Counted from the stretch's first letter, positions 27,311 to 37,428 are shown. The stretch: DNA of 64,000 bases from Candidatus Magasanikiibacteriota bacterium (GCA_016182085.1 JACOYB010000009.1:1393-65392); one strand, 5' to 3'. Numbers and translations are program-made. Notes: generated by a model not told the origin, from the letters alone.

Positions 27311-28828
27311 ATGATCAAAACCCGTTTTGCACCCAGCCCCACCGGATATTTACATGTAGGAGGTCTACGCACCGCTTTGTATTCATATTTATTTGCCAAA
27401 AAACATGGTGGTAAATTTTTGTTGCGCATAGAAGATACGGATAGAGAAAGGTATGTGGCCGACGGCGTGGCAAATATTTTAAAATCACTGTATTGGGCAA
27501 GTGTTGTGCCCGATGAGGGTGTCATCCTGAGTGAAGCGAAGGATCCCTCTCGTTCGGATAAAAGGGATTCTTCGGCAAAGCCTCAGAATGACAATTTGCG
27601 AATTACTCAAAAGGGTGAAAATGGACCATATACACAATCAGAACGTTTAGATATATATAAAGAATACGCACAAAAGTTACTTGATGCTGGACATGCATAT
27701 TATTGTTTTTGCAGCTCCGAAAGATTAGAAAAATTACGAGCCGATCAACAGGCCAAAAAAATGCCAACGGGCTACGATGGTCTTTGCGCAAAACTTGACC
27801 CAACAGAGTCTAAACAAAAAGCAGAGGCAGGAGAAAAACATGTAATGAGACTTAAAATGGACAAGCACGGCGAAACTGTTTTTAATGATTTGATTCGCGG
27901 AGAAGTGCGTTTTAAAAATGAATTGGTAGACGATCAGGTACTAATAAAATCAGATGGTTTTCCTACTTATCATTTTGCGGTGGTGGTAGATGATCATTTA
28001 ATGGGTATTACCCATATTATCCGCGGCGAAGAATGGATAAGCAGCGTGCCAAAGCATGCTCAACTATATAAATACTTTGGTTGGGAAATTCCCGAGATGG
28101 CTCACTTGCCACTATTGCTTAACCCAGATAAATCCAAGCTCAGCAAACGCCAAGGTGATGTAGCTGTAGAAGATTATATGAAAAAAGGTTATTTACCAGA
28201 AGCGCTGGTAAATTTTGTGGCATTTTTGGGTTGGAATCCGGGCACAGAAAAAGAAATGTATACAATGGAAGAATTAGTTAAAGATTTTGATTTAGCCAAA
28301 GTCGGTAAAACCGGCGGGGTTTTTAATATTGAAAAATTAGATTGGTATAACAAACAATATATTAAAAATTTATCCAACGCAGAGTTGGTAGAAAAAGCCA
28401 TGCCTTGGCTGGAAGAAGCGGGGGTAGGCGGCCGTCCAATTCTAGAGAAAGCCGTGTCATTGGAAAGAGAAAGAATTACAATTTTGTCCGAATTGCCGGA
28501 AGCAATTAAATTTGTTTTTGAGCTGCCAGATTATAAAGCTGACACACTAGTCTGGAAAAAAAGTTCAAACGAAGAGGTAAAAAATATTTTGCCAAAACTT
28601 ATAGAATTTTTTGATACAGTTGATGAAAACGATTGGGATAAACAAGTTTTAGAAGAAAAAACCAAAATTTGGATAGCTGAGAAAGGATTCTCTGTTGGTT
28701 CTGTACTCTGGCCAATGCGCGTGGCATTATCTGGACAAGAAAACTCCCCGGGTCCTTTTGAAATTGCCGAAGTTTTAGCCAAAAAACAAACAATTACAAG
28801 ACTTCAAATTGCCTTAGAAAAGTTATAG
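27311..28828 (+). CDS. gltX: Glutamyl-tRNA synthetase with an in-frame hairpin-repeat insertion (nt 27518-27596)
   Basis: 'RFAPSPTGYLHVGGLRTAL' HIGH region and 'KLSKR' KMSKS variant. The insert 'VILSEAKDPSRSDKRDSSAKPQNDN' lies between the conserved '…DEG' and 'PY.QS.R' positions. Confidence 0.85.
   Translation: MIKTRFAPSPTGYLHVGGLRTALYSYLFAKKHGGKFLLRIEDTDRERYVADGVANILKSLYWASVVPDEGVILSEAKDPSRSDKRDSSAKPQNDNLRITQKGENGPYTQSERLDIYKEYAQKLLDAGHAYYCFCSSERLEKLRADQQAKKMPTGYDGLCAKLDPTESKQKAEAGEKHVMRLKMDKHGETVFNDLIRGEVRFKNELVDDQVLIKSDGFPTYHFAVVVDDHLMGITHIIRGEEWISSVPKHAQLYKYFGWEIPEMAHLPLLLNPDKSKLSKRQGDVAVEDYMKKGYLPEALVNFVAFLGWNPGTEKEMYTMEELVKDFDLAKVGKTGGVFNIEKLDWYNKQYIKNLSNAELVEKAMPWLEEAGVGGRPILEKAVSLERERITILSELPEAIKFVFELPDYKADTLVWKKSSNEEVKNILPKLIEFFDTVDENDWDKQVLEEKTKIWIAEKGFSVGSVLWPMRVALSGQENSPGPFEIAEVLAKKQTITRLQIALEKL
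27518..27596. repeat. Hairpin repeat (back-to-back arms) inside gltX
   Basis: 'gtcatcctgagtgaagcgaaggatccctctcgttcggataaaagggattcttcggcaaagcctcagaatgacaa'. Confidence 0.7.
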
Positions 28829-28829
28829 G

Positions 28830-28858
28830 GCAACAGTAAGCAATTAGTATGGTATAAT
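28830..28858 (+). promoter_or_regulatory. Extended -10 promoter (TGgTATAAT) upstream of the M23 peptidase gene
   Basis: 'tatggTATAATat' at 28850-28858; weak -35 'gcaaca'. Confidence 0.35.
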
Positions 28859-28882
28859 ATCTCACAGATATAAGCTCTGGTA

Positions 28883-30049
28883 GTGAGGGCGCCTGTTTTT
28901 GTTTATGCGCAAACACCTGCCGTGTCCCAAGAAATCGCCGAATTAAACAAGCAAATTGCCGAGAAGAAAGAAAAAATAAGACAACTTGAAGAAACCATAG
29001 CCAAGTACAATAAAAATATTGAGAAAAAACAAACCGAAGCTCAGTCGCTTAAAAATCAACTGAGTATTTTAGATAACCATATTGCCAAGGCTGAAGCCGA
29101 TCTGGTATTAACCGAAGAAAAAATAAAACAGGCGCAACTTCAAATTGAAGCGCTGCAGTTAACTATCGCGGCCAAAGAAGCGACACTTCTAAAACAAAAA
29201 GATATCGTCACCAAAATAGTGCAGGGTATAAACGCGGATAAGGAAAAAAATTATCTGGAAGTTTTACTTACCAACGATAGTTTTGCGGATTTCTACGATC
29301 AGCTGCAATACACGGTAAAGATATACAAGGATATGGGGAAATCCGTAAAAGTATTGCGTTTGGTAAAAGAGGATTTGCAGAAAAAAAGAGACCAGTTAGA
29401 AGCTACTAAAAAAACATACGAAGATTTAAAAACAGATTTGGAAGAAAAAAAATCACGATTAGAAACTCAGTCAGACGCCAAAAGTCAGCTGCTTATATCA
29501 ACCAAATCTTCGGAAATGCAATATCGTACGCTGCTTTCTAGTTTAAAACAACAATACCAGGCGGTAATTAACGAACAGCGCGCCTACGAAGATCAGGTAA
29601 GAAAGAAACTGGAAGAACAAAATAAATTAAGTACAAGCATTGATTCCTTTGCCTGGCCCGTGCCGAATCGTACAATTACGGCCATGTTTCACGATCCGGA
29701 TTATCCGTTTAGAAATGTATTTGAGCATAGCGCCATAGATATCCGCGCTTCGCAAGGTACGCCGGTAAGAGCCGCAGCATCGGGGTATGTGGCCCGTGCC
29801 AAAACCTGTACCGCCTCTACTTGTTATGCGTATGTTTTAATCGTTCATACAGGCAATTTATCCACCTTGTATGGCCACCTAAGCCGCATAGATGTCGCTG
29901 GAGATCAGTTTGTAAATAAGGGTGATATTATTGGTTTTTCCGGCGGTAAGCCCGGAACTGTAGGCGCCGGGCCATTTGTAACCGGCCCTCATTTGCATTT
30001 TGAAGTGCGTTTAAACGGAATTCCGGTTGATCCGCTGGGGTATTTATAA
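28883..30049 (+). CDS. M23 family metallopeptidase with N-terminal coiled coil (EnvC-like)
   Basis: Long heptad-rich N-terminal domain. C-terminal 'HTGNLSTLYGHL…GPHLHFEVRLNGIPVDP'. GTG start. Confidence 0.7.
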   Translation: MRAPVFVYAQTPAVSQEIAELNKQIAEKKEKIRQLEETIAKYNKNIEKKQTEAQSLKNQLSILDNHIAKAEADLVLTEEKIKQAQLQIEALQLTIAAKEATLLKQKDIVTKIVQGINADKEKNYLEVLLTNDSFADFYDQLQYTVKIYKDMGKSVKVLRLVKEDLQKKRDQLEATKKTYEDLKTDLEEKKSRLETQSDAKSQLLISTKSSEMQYRTLLSSLKQQYQAVINEQRAYEDQVRKKLEEQNKLSTSIDSFAWPVPNRTITAMFHDPDYPFRNVFEHSAIDIRASQGTPVRAAASGYVARAKTCTASTCYAYVLIVHTGNLSTLYGHLSRIDVAGDQFVNKGDIIGFSGGKPGTVGAGPFVTGPHLHFEVRLNGIPVDPLGYL

Positions 30050-30140
30050 TTACTAGGGGTGAATAAAAAGAAAAGAATTTTCTTTTTTGAAGCCCGACCT
30101 ACCCGCTAATGCAAGCATAGCGTTGCGGGCGGGCGTAATT

Positions 30141-31187
30141 ATGAAGAAAATTAAAGTCGGAGTTCTGATGGGAGGGCCGTCATCGGAAAGAGAAGTGTCG
30201 CTCGTAACCGGTAAAGCCGTATTTGATAATTTAGACAGAAAAAAATACGCGCCAGCAGTGGTAGAAATGAAAAAAGACGGTACTTTTTGGTTACATAAAA
30301 AACCCGCCCGACCGAACGGAATCGGTCATTCGGGCGGGCGCAAACTTGATTTACAAAACAAAGACAGAAATCTATTTGATATTATTTTTATTGCCATGCA
30401 TGGCTCGCCCGGAGAAGATGGAGGCGTGCAGGGGATGTTGGAAACTTTGAACATTAAATACACGGGTCCGGGAGTCCTTGCCAGCGCCTTGGCCATGAAT
30501 AAAGTTTTTTCAGCGCAAATTTATTTTGCCAACAATTTGCCATATCCAAAATTTATCCATTTTAAATATGACGGCTGGAAACGTGAAAGCGCGCAAATTA
30601 CGGAAGAAATTAACAACATAGGATTTCCGATAGTAATAAAGCCGGTAAGCGAAGGTTCGGCCGTGGGGGTGAGTATTGTAAAATCTAACAATGGCTTAAA
30701 AAAAGCAATTGATAAAATAATTAAAAAATTTCCTTGGCTGATGGCCCAAAAATTTGTGGCCGGCCAGGAAGCAACCTGTGGGGTTTTGGAAAAAAATGGT
30801 ACAATAATGGCGCTGCCGCCCACGCATATTCTGCCAAAGATGGGAGAATTTTACGATTATAAGTCAAAATATAAAACTGGAGGCTCGACTCATATTTGTC
30901 CCGCGGATTTTGATGAACAAATAAATTTGGAAATACAAAAATTAGCCGTGCAAGCGCACAAAGCCTTGGGTTGTCGCGGCATGTCTAGAACCGATATTTT
31001 TGTGGGGGATGACCCCGATACTAGAGTCGCAGGAGCGACTCAGTACGGGGCAGGTAAAAAATTATATATCTTGGAAACTAATACCATTCCGGGCATGACA
31101 CCAACCAGCTTGTTCCCCGAAGCTGCAGGCAAGGCCGGTATCAGTTTTTCACAAATGCTCGATTATATTATTAAGACAAGTTTATAG
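30141..31187 (+). CDS. ddl: D-alanine--D-alanine ligase
   Basis: 'KIKVGVLMGGPSSEREVSL…MHGSPGEDGGVQGMLE' plus ATP-grasp motifs. A G+C-rich palindrome-encoded segment 'KKPARPNGIGHSGGRKL' sits near 30300-30340. Confidence 0.8.
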   Translation: MKKIKVGVLMGGPSSEREVSLVTGKAVFDNLDRKKYAPAVVEMKKDGTFWLHKKPARPNGIGHSGGRKLDLQNKDRNLFDIIFIAMHGSPGEDGGVQGMLETLNIKYTGPGVLASALAMNKVFSAQIYFANNLPYPKFIHFKYDGWKRESAQITEEINNIGFPIVIKPVSEGSAVGVSIVKSNNGLKKAIDKIIKKFPWLMAQKFVAGQEATCGVLEKNGTIMALPPTHILPKMGEFYDYKSKYKTGGSTHICPADFDEQINLEIQKLAVQAHKALGCRGMSRTDIFVGDDPDTRVAGATQYGAGKKLYILETNTIPGMTPTSLFPEAAGKAGISFSQMLDYIIKTSL

Positions 31188-31189
31188 AT

Positions 31190-33337
31190 ATGGCAAAGCC
31201 AGTCACGCATAATTTACATAAACTTTTTAATCCAAGCTCTGTTGCTATTTTAGGAGCTTCGCGCGATGAAAAAAAGATCGGCAATATAGTGCTTAGAAAT
31301 ATCGTTAATTCCGGTTTTAGAGGCAAGATTTTTCCGGTCAATCCAAATTCCAAAGATATAAACGGATTAACATGTTATGGCAGTTACGCGAAATTGCCGG
31401 AGATTCCGGATTTGGCAATTTTGTCACTGCCTTCGGATTTAGCTTTAGAACTTTTAGAACCGATTGCCAAAAAAGGCACAAAAAATATTATCATATTCAG
31501 CGCCGGTTTTAAGGAAATCGGCCCTGAAGGAGAAAAAAAAGAAGAGGAATTGCGCGCGGCCGCGCAGAAATTTGGTTTAAATATATTGGGTCCGAATTGT
31601 CTTGGCTTTGCCAGCACTTTAAGCAGTTTAAATGCCACATTTAGCAGAGTCGGCGGAGCCAGAGGCAATTTAAGATTTATATCTCAATCCGGAGCGCTGG
31701 CTTCCGGAATTTTTGATTGGGCCAGACAAAATACTATTGGTTTTAGCGAGTTTATTACGCTGGGCAATAAAGCGGTGTTAAATGAAAATGATATTTTGCA
31801 GTATTGGTTAACTAAACCCAAAACCAAAATAACTGATCCGGGTTTATCCAGATGCCAGCCTATAGGGTTATATTTGGAATCAATAGATGAAGGACAGAAA
31901 TTTTTAGAATTAGCCTCTAAAGTTTCGTTTACCGATCCGATTTTTATCTTAAAACCCGGTAAATCAAAACATGCGCAGCAAGCCATTCGCTCCCACACCG
32001 GATCAATGGCCGGGGATGATGCGGTGCAAGATGCGGCATTTGCGCAAGCCGGCATAATTCGGTGTGAGGGTGTGGAAGATATGTTTGATTTGGCAAAAGT
32101 TTTCTCTTGGGAGAATGCCCCGAAAGGGCCGAGGGTAGCCATAGTATCCAATGCCGGCGGACCGGCGGTTATTAGTACTGATGCTTTAGAAAAAGAAGGT
32201 TTAGAACTTGCGGCGTTAAGTAAAAATACAAAAGTAAAATTAGAAAAGAATTTGCCGCGCGCCGCAAATGTGGCAAACCCGGTTGATGTTTTGGGCGATG
32301 CTCTGGCAGGCAGATATCATGAAGCCATAGAAGATGTTTTGGTGGAAAAAGGCGTAGATGCGCTTGTGGTAATTTTAACGCCGCAAATAATGACCGAAAT
32401 AGAAACCACCGCGGATCTGATTGGCAAATTATCCGCAAAATACGGCAAACCCGTAGTGTGTTCGTTTATGGGAGCCGATCTTATTCATACTGCTGAAGAA
32501 ATTTTAAATAAATATAAGATCCCATCGTTTAGATTCCCGGAACGGGCTATAAAGGCCTTGGCAAAAATGTGGCAATGGCGATCGGTAGCTGAAAAACAAA
32601 AAGCGCAAGTAAAACAGAAAAAACAAAAGCTGGTTTCTAAACATAGCACAAAAAAAATCAACGCCATAATCCAATCTTTGGAAAAAAATAACAAAGTACT
32701 CTCGGCAGCTCAAGCCGACGAGGTATTAAATACGTTTGGCATTAAAACGCCAAAGTCCGCAACTATTAATAATTTAGAAGAAGCGCGTAATTTTGCGCAA
32801 AAAAATAAATGGCCGGCAGTGCTTAAAATTTCTTCGCCATTTTTGATGCATAAAACCGAAGCGGGAGCCGTAATTAAAAATATAAATAATAATGAACAAT
32901 TAGAAAACGCATGGACAAAAATTACGGCCATAGTAAAAAAATTACCGAATAAATCAAACTGTTTTATACAAATTCAACAGCAGATCGGCGCGGGAGTGGA
33001 AGTTATTGCGGGCATTAAACATGACAGCAGTTTTGGCAACGTGCTTATGTTTGGCGCGGGTGGAATACTCGCCGAACTAATAGGGGACAGTAATTTAAAA
33101 ATGCTGCCAATTGATAGAAAGCGCGCCTTAGAACTTATATTTTCATCAAAAGTATATAAACTACTCGCCGGATTTAGAAATCAAAAATCGTACGCTGTAG
33201 ATAAATTAGCAGATTTGCTTATGCATTTGGGAAATCTGGCGCAAACAACAGATCGGTTTAGTGAAATTACGATCAATCCGATTATAGTTACCGAAACCGA
33301 TGCCTGGGCCGTAGATCCAAGAATCATAGTCAGATAA
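31190..33337 (+). CDS. ADP-forming acetyl-CoA synthetase (NDP-forming acyl-CoA synthetase, fused alpha/beta)
   Basis: CoA-binding 'VAILGASRDEKKIGN', succinyl-CoA-synthetase-like ligase domains and a C-terminal ATP-grasp; 715 aa. Confidence 0.7.
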   Translation: MAKPVTHNLHKLFNPSSVAILGASRDEKKIGNIVLRNIVNSGFRGKIFPVNPNSKDINGLTCYGSYAKLPEIPDLAILSLPSDLALELLEPIAKKGTKNIIIFSAGFKEIGPEGEKKEEELRAAAQKFGLNILGPNCLGFASTLSSLNATFSRVGGARGNLRFISQSGALASGIFDWARQNTIGFSEFITLGNKAVLNENDILQYWLTKPKTKITDPGLSRCQPIGLYLESIDEGQKFLELASKVSFTDPIFILKPGKSKHAQQAIRSHTGSMAGDDAVQDAAFAQAGIIRCEGVEDMFDLAKVFSWENAPKGPRVAIVSNAGGPAVISTDALEKEGLELAALSKNTKVKLEKNLPRAANVANPVDVLGDALAGRYHEAIEDVLVEKGVDALVVILTPQIMTEIETTADLIGKLSAKYGKPVVCSFMGADLIHTAEEILNKYKIPSFRFPERAIKALAKMWQWRSVAEKQKAQVKQKKQKLVSKHSTKKINAIIQSLEKNNKVLSAAQADEVLNTFGIKTPKSATINNLEEARNFAQKNKWPAVLKISSPFLMHKTEAGAVIKNINNNEQLENAWTKITAIVKKLPNKSNCFIQIQQQIGAGVEVIAGIKHDSSFGNVLMFGAGGILAELIGDSNLKMLPIDRKRALELIFSSKVYKLLAGFRNQKSYAVDKLADLLMHLGNLAQTTDRFSEITINPIIVTETDAWAVDPRIIVR

Positions 33338-33346
33338 TATTAAGGT

Positions 33347-35050
33347 ATGCAACCATTTAGCGTAAAAATTGGCGGAGAAGCGGGGTTTGGCATCATGTCC
33401 TCTGGTTTGATTTTTTCTAAAGTTGCGACTCGTTCCGGCTACCATGTATTTAATTATATGGAGTACCCCTCCATCATTAGAGGCGGGCATAATGTAATGC
33501 AGATAATGGTATCGGAAAAATCGATTGCGGCTTCATACAAGCATACGGATTTTTTAATTGCTTTAAATCAGCAAACCATAGACCTGCATGTTTCAGAGCT
33601 TTCACTAAACGCTGGTTTGATGTATGACTCTGCAACGTGCGTGCTGCCAAAACTCCCCAAAGGAGTAACTGTTTTTGATATTCCGATTGATAAAATAGTC
33701 AGAGAAATTGGCGGGTCGTTTATTTTTAGAAATACTATAGCGATCGGCGCAGCCGCGGCGCTGGTTGGAGGCGATATAAAAATTTTGAAAGATTTGCTAG
33801 CGGAAGGGTTTGCCGGTAAATCAAAAGAACTCATAGAGAAAAATTTTCGCGTTGCCGAAGCCGGATATAACTACGCGCGCCAGCAGTATGCTAATAAAAC
33901 CAAGCCAATACTTGCGATAAAAAAGAAAAAACAAAAACAAATGGTAATAGCCGGCAATGACGCGATCGCTCTGGGTTCAATTGCTGCAGGCATGCAATTT
34001 GCCGCTATTTACCCTATGACGCCGATTAGCAATATTTTACATACTTTGGCGCCACTACAGGAAAAATATAATTTTATTTATAAGCAACCCGAGGATGAAA
34101 TCTCGGCCATTAATATGGCTATTGGCGCTTCGTTTGCGGGAGCTAGGGCCATGACTGCGTCTGCGGGCGGGGGATTTTGTTTGATGAGTGAGGGCTATGG
34201 CTTGGCGGCTATGACCGAAACCCCGCTGGTTATTATAGAAGGTATGCGCGGCGGTCCGGCTACGGGTTTGCCAACGTGGACCGAACAGGGTGATTTACGA
34301 TTTGTTTTGCATGCGCATCAAGGCGAGTTTCCAAGAATTGTTTTGGCAGCCGGTGATGCGAACGAAGCATTTCATCTTACCATGCAAGCGTTTAATTTGG
34401 CAGATAAATATCAAACCCCGGTAATAATTATTGTTGACAAACAAGTGTGCGAAAGTCATTTTAGCGTTAGTCCGTTTGAGTATAATAAATATATAGCAGA
34501 CAGAGGAAAATTTACGGTTAAAAAACAAGCAAGCTATAAACGCTATGCTCTCAGTAAAGATGGCATATCATTGCGCAGCATTCCAGGTGTAGGCAATCAT
34601 ATTGTCGTCAATTCCGATGAACATAATGAATTGGGGTATTCCAATGAAGAGGCTAAAAATAGATTGGATCAGATGAGTAAGCGTATGCAAAAATTGGCTA
34701 CCTGTGCCAAAGAAGATCTAGCTAAGCCGGAGTTGATCGGGCCAAAAGATGCGGATGTAACAATAGTATCCTGGGGCAGCAATAAAGGCGCAATCTTAGA
34801 GGCCATGAATGATTTTGATAATGTAAATTTTTTACATCTGACTTGGATCAGTCCGTTTCCAACCGAGGCCGTGAAAAATATTTTGCATAAAGCAAATAGA
34901 ATTTTAAATATAGAATGTAATTCTACGGCACAGATGGCCGGACTTATTAAAGAAAAAACCGGCATTGGCATAAAAGATAATTTATTAAAATACGATGGCC
35001 GGCCGTTTTTCCCGGAAGAAATCATCGCGAAAATTAAAAAAATGTTGTAA
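33347..35050 (+). CDS. 2-oxoacid:ferredoxin oxidoreductase, fused gamma-alpha subunit
   Basis: N-terminal gamma domain 'KIGGEAGFGIMSSG' followed by an alpha/transketolase-like domain. Confidence 0.7.
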   Translation: MQPFSVKIGGEAGFGIMSSGLIFSKVATRSGYHVFNYMEYPSIIRGGHNVMQIMVSEKSIAASYKHTDFLIALNQQTIDLHVSELSLNAGLMYDSATCVLPKLPKGVTVFDIPIDKIVREIGGSFIFRNTIAIGAAAALVGGDIKILKDLLAEGFAGKSKELIEKNFRVAEAGYNYARQQYANKTKPILAIKKKKQKQMVIAGNDAIALGSIAAGMQFAAIYPMTPISNILHTLAPLQEKYNFIYKQPEDEISAINMAIGASFAGARAMTASAGGGFCLMSEGYGLAAMTETPLVIIEGMRGGPATGLPTWTEQGDLRFVLHAHQGEFPRIVLAAGDANEAFHLTMQAFNLADKYQTPVIIIVDKQVCESHFSVSPFEYNKYIADRGKFTVKKQASYKRYALSKDGISLRSIPGVGNHIVVNSDEHNELGYSNEEAKNRLDQMSKRMQKLATCAKEDLAKPELIGPKDADVTIVSWGSNKGAILEAMNDFDNVNFLHLTWISPFPTEAVKNILHKANRILNIECNSTAQMAGLIKEKTGIGIKDNLLKYDGRPFFPEEIIAKIKKML

Positions 35051-35056
35051 ATCGCT

Positions 35057-35914
35057 ATGACTACTGTACAAAATTTAAAAACTCCTAATGCGTGCAATTG
35101 GTGTCCGGGATGCGGCAATTTTGGCATTTGGACAGCAGTTAAGGAAGCCGCGGCTAAGGAACGCTGGAATAATACCAACAGCGTGATTGTGGCTGGCATC
35201 GGTTGCCATGGTCATATTAATAATTTCATTGAACTGAGCAGTTTTGAGGGGCTGCACGGCCGGGCTATACCGGTGGCTTCGGCTATAAAAATGGTGAACC
35301 ACAGGCTAAATGTAATGGTTTTTACCGGGGACGGAGATTGTTTGGCTGAGGGCGGTAATCATTTCATGCATGCGGCTCGCCGTAATCAAAATTTGACGGT
35401 TATTTTGCACGATAATGCTATTTATGGCCTTACTACCGGACAAACTTCGCCGCGTTCTCCGCACGGCTTTAAATCAAAATCAACTCCTATGGGGAATTTG
35501 GATGAACCGATTAACCCGCTTACGCTGGCCATATCTGCCGGAGCCACGTTTGTCGCCAGAGCATATTCAGGTGATATTCCTCGTCTCACAGATTTAATTA
35601 TTCAAGCAAATAACCATAACGGTTTTTCGGTGTTGCAGATTTTACAGCCATGCGTAACGTTTAATAAAATCTATTCACATACCTTTTTCCAGGAAAATAC
35701 GTATCATTTGCCCGCAAGTTATAATCCGCAAGATAAAACCGCGGCCTTTGCCAAAACCTTGGAGTGGGGAGAAAAACAAATTCCGGTCGGCGTAATTTAT
35801 AAAGAAGATAGGCCGTCGTACGAAGATCAAGTGCCGCAAATTAAAGCCGCGCCTCTTATTTCGGTAGCCGCGAAAAAAAGAAATATCAACGAAACATTGG
35901 AAACATTTTTATGA
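35057..35914 (+). CDS. 2-oxoacid:ferredoxin oxidoreductase beta (TPP-binding) subunit
   Basis: 'CPGCGNFGIW', 'GIGCHG' and 'GDGD'. Confidence 0.8.
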   Translation: MTTVQNLKTPNACNWCPGCGNFGIWTAVKEAAAKERWNNTNSVIVAGIGCHGHINNFIELSSFEGLHGRAIPVASAIKMVNHRLNVMVFTGDGDCLAEGGNHFMHAARRNQNLTVILHDNAIYGLTTGQTSPRSPHGFKSKSTPMGNLDEPINPLTLAISAGATFVARAYSGDIPRLTDLIIQANNHNGFSVLQILQPCVTFNKIYSHTFFQENTYHLPASYNPQDKTAAFAKTLEWGEKQIPVGVIYKEDRPSYEDQVPQIKAAPLISVAAKKRNINETLETFL

Positions 35915-36378
35915 AGAAGATTCTATTAATATACGCTACGCATTCCGGCAGCACCTTTGTAGCCGCGCAAATCATGAAGGAAATTTTGTCAGCCGATTTT
36001 GAAGTGGTAATGCAAAATGCCTTGGAGTCAAAACCCGCAGATATAAAAAATTATGATACGGTTATTTTAGGTTCCCCAAGCTGGTTTAGCAGAGGAGAAG
36101 AGGGAATGCCATCCGAAACCATGCTGAAATTAATGGATGTTTGGGGCAAACAGAATTTATCCAACAAGCATTTCGCGGTATATGGCTGCGGTGACGATAG
36201 TTATATGACTTTTTGCGGCGCGGTAGATCATCTGGAAAATTTTGTAAAAAACGTAAAAGGCGAATTTATTCTACCATCACTTCGCCTTAACGGCTTCTTT
36301 TTTGACGTGGATAAAAACGTAGAACAGGTAAAAAAATGGGCCGCTGATCTAAAAGTTAAAGCCAGCGCGATCTGGTAA
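35911..36378 (+). CDS. Flavodoxin
   Basis: 'KILLIYATHSGSTFVAAQ' FMN loop; overlaps the previous stop codon. Confidence 0.7.
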   Translation: MKKILLIYATHSGSTFVAAQIMKEILSADFEVVMQNALESKPADIKNYDTVILGSPSWFSRGEEGMPSETMLKLMDVWGKQNLSNKHFAVYGCGDDSYMTFCGAVDHLENFVKNVKGEFILPSLRLNGFFFDVDKNVEQVKKWAADLKVKASAIW

Positions 36379-36557
36379 AGATTTTAAGAAAGTTGTGGTA
36401 ATTGCGGGTAGAAATAGGGGAGAGGCCCTTTTCAATTTCGCAGTATTCTAAAAAAGTGGGGATGTGGAAGGTGACGGGTTGATTGGATTTGTGCATAAGC
36501 TTGTATTAACCGTATTTTTATTATATCATAAAATATTATACGACGTATCTTAATTTT

Positions 36558-36707
36558 ATGAGTAGTTTCTTAAAAACCCGTGCGGCCACATTATTTTGGG
36601 GATTTGCGGTAACGTATTTTTTTACCGGCCATATTGTTACTTCCCTTAAGATTTTTGCCGTTATGGCAATTGGCAACACGCTTATCATGTGGAAGTTAGT
36701 AAAATAA
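36558..36707 (+). CDS. Small hydrophobic protein (49 aa)
   Basis: MSSFLKTRAATLFWGFAVTYFFTGHIVTSLKIFAVMAIGNTLIMWKLVK. The track only lists the antisense frame. Confidence 0.25.
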   Translation: MSSFLKTRAATLFWGFAVTYFFTGHIVTSLKIFAVMAIGNTLIMWKLVK

Positions 36708-36781
36708 GGAGGTCTATTTGACATAATTATCTTATATGTTAATCTTTGTATTTAAGACAAAAAAACACCAGGGAGGCATCC

Positions 36782-37159
36782 ATGAATTGGCGCGAAGTTG
36801 CAAACCGTGATGATGTGGTGGGCGGGGAGATTGAGACCCAAGAAGGGGAGTTCGTCTTCCGCGGCCCGATCGCATCTGTAGAAGTTCGTGATGACGGCCT
36901 GGTCTATTTCCAGGTTGCCTGGGCAGCCCAGAAACCGATCAGCATGGAAGGCGGATGGGTGAAGCATGAGACCACGAGCTTCGTGGCGAGTGCAGATGTT
37001 TCGGTGGAAGATATCGGTGAAGGCAAACTTCACTTCCGGACTTCGTTTGCGGAGTCTGGTACTATCTTCCTGAAGGGGAGTGGTAACAAACTTGATCCAC
37101 GCAGGGTTCGTGGCCTGCGGGTTTGCAAGAGTCACAAAAGACATGCCAAGGCTTCTTGA
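36782..37159 (+). CDS. Hypothetical protein (G+C-rich island 2, ORF A)
   Basis: RBS 'cagggagg' 6 nt upstream; downstream hairpin 'acacctttaattaggtgt' plus T-run near 37258-37290. Confidence 0.4.
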   Translation: MNWREVANRDDVVGGEIETQEGEFVFRGPIASVEVRDDGLVYFQVAWAAQKPISMEGGWVKHETTSFVASADVSVEDIGEGKLHFRTSFAESGTIFLKGSGNKLDPRRVRGLRVCKSHKRHAKAS

Positions 37160-37428
37160 GGATGAGTTTGGGCAGCCATTGTAGGGGGAAATCAGTAAGG
37201 CCGTCCAAATTGCTTTGATTATAAAAGTTGTAGTTAAAGCAATGACGGTCTTAATAAAACACACCTTTAATTAGGTGTATTTTATTATTTAAAATTGCAA
37301 AACCACCGCCCCGAACTCATCTTTGCAGATAAAATCGGAAACGGTGGTTGAAAGAATCCTCGACCGGCATCACTTGTTCCATAGATCAAATGTCCGAATA
37401 GCTAAGATTCTAGTTGGTTATTGCGTAC

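Noticed and set aside
36536-36724. Minus-strand 62-aa ORF from the track
   Set aside because: The plus-strand 49-aa frame (36558..36707) encodes a coherent hydrophobic helix pair, whereas the minus frame is unremarkable. Neither is certain.
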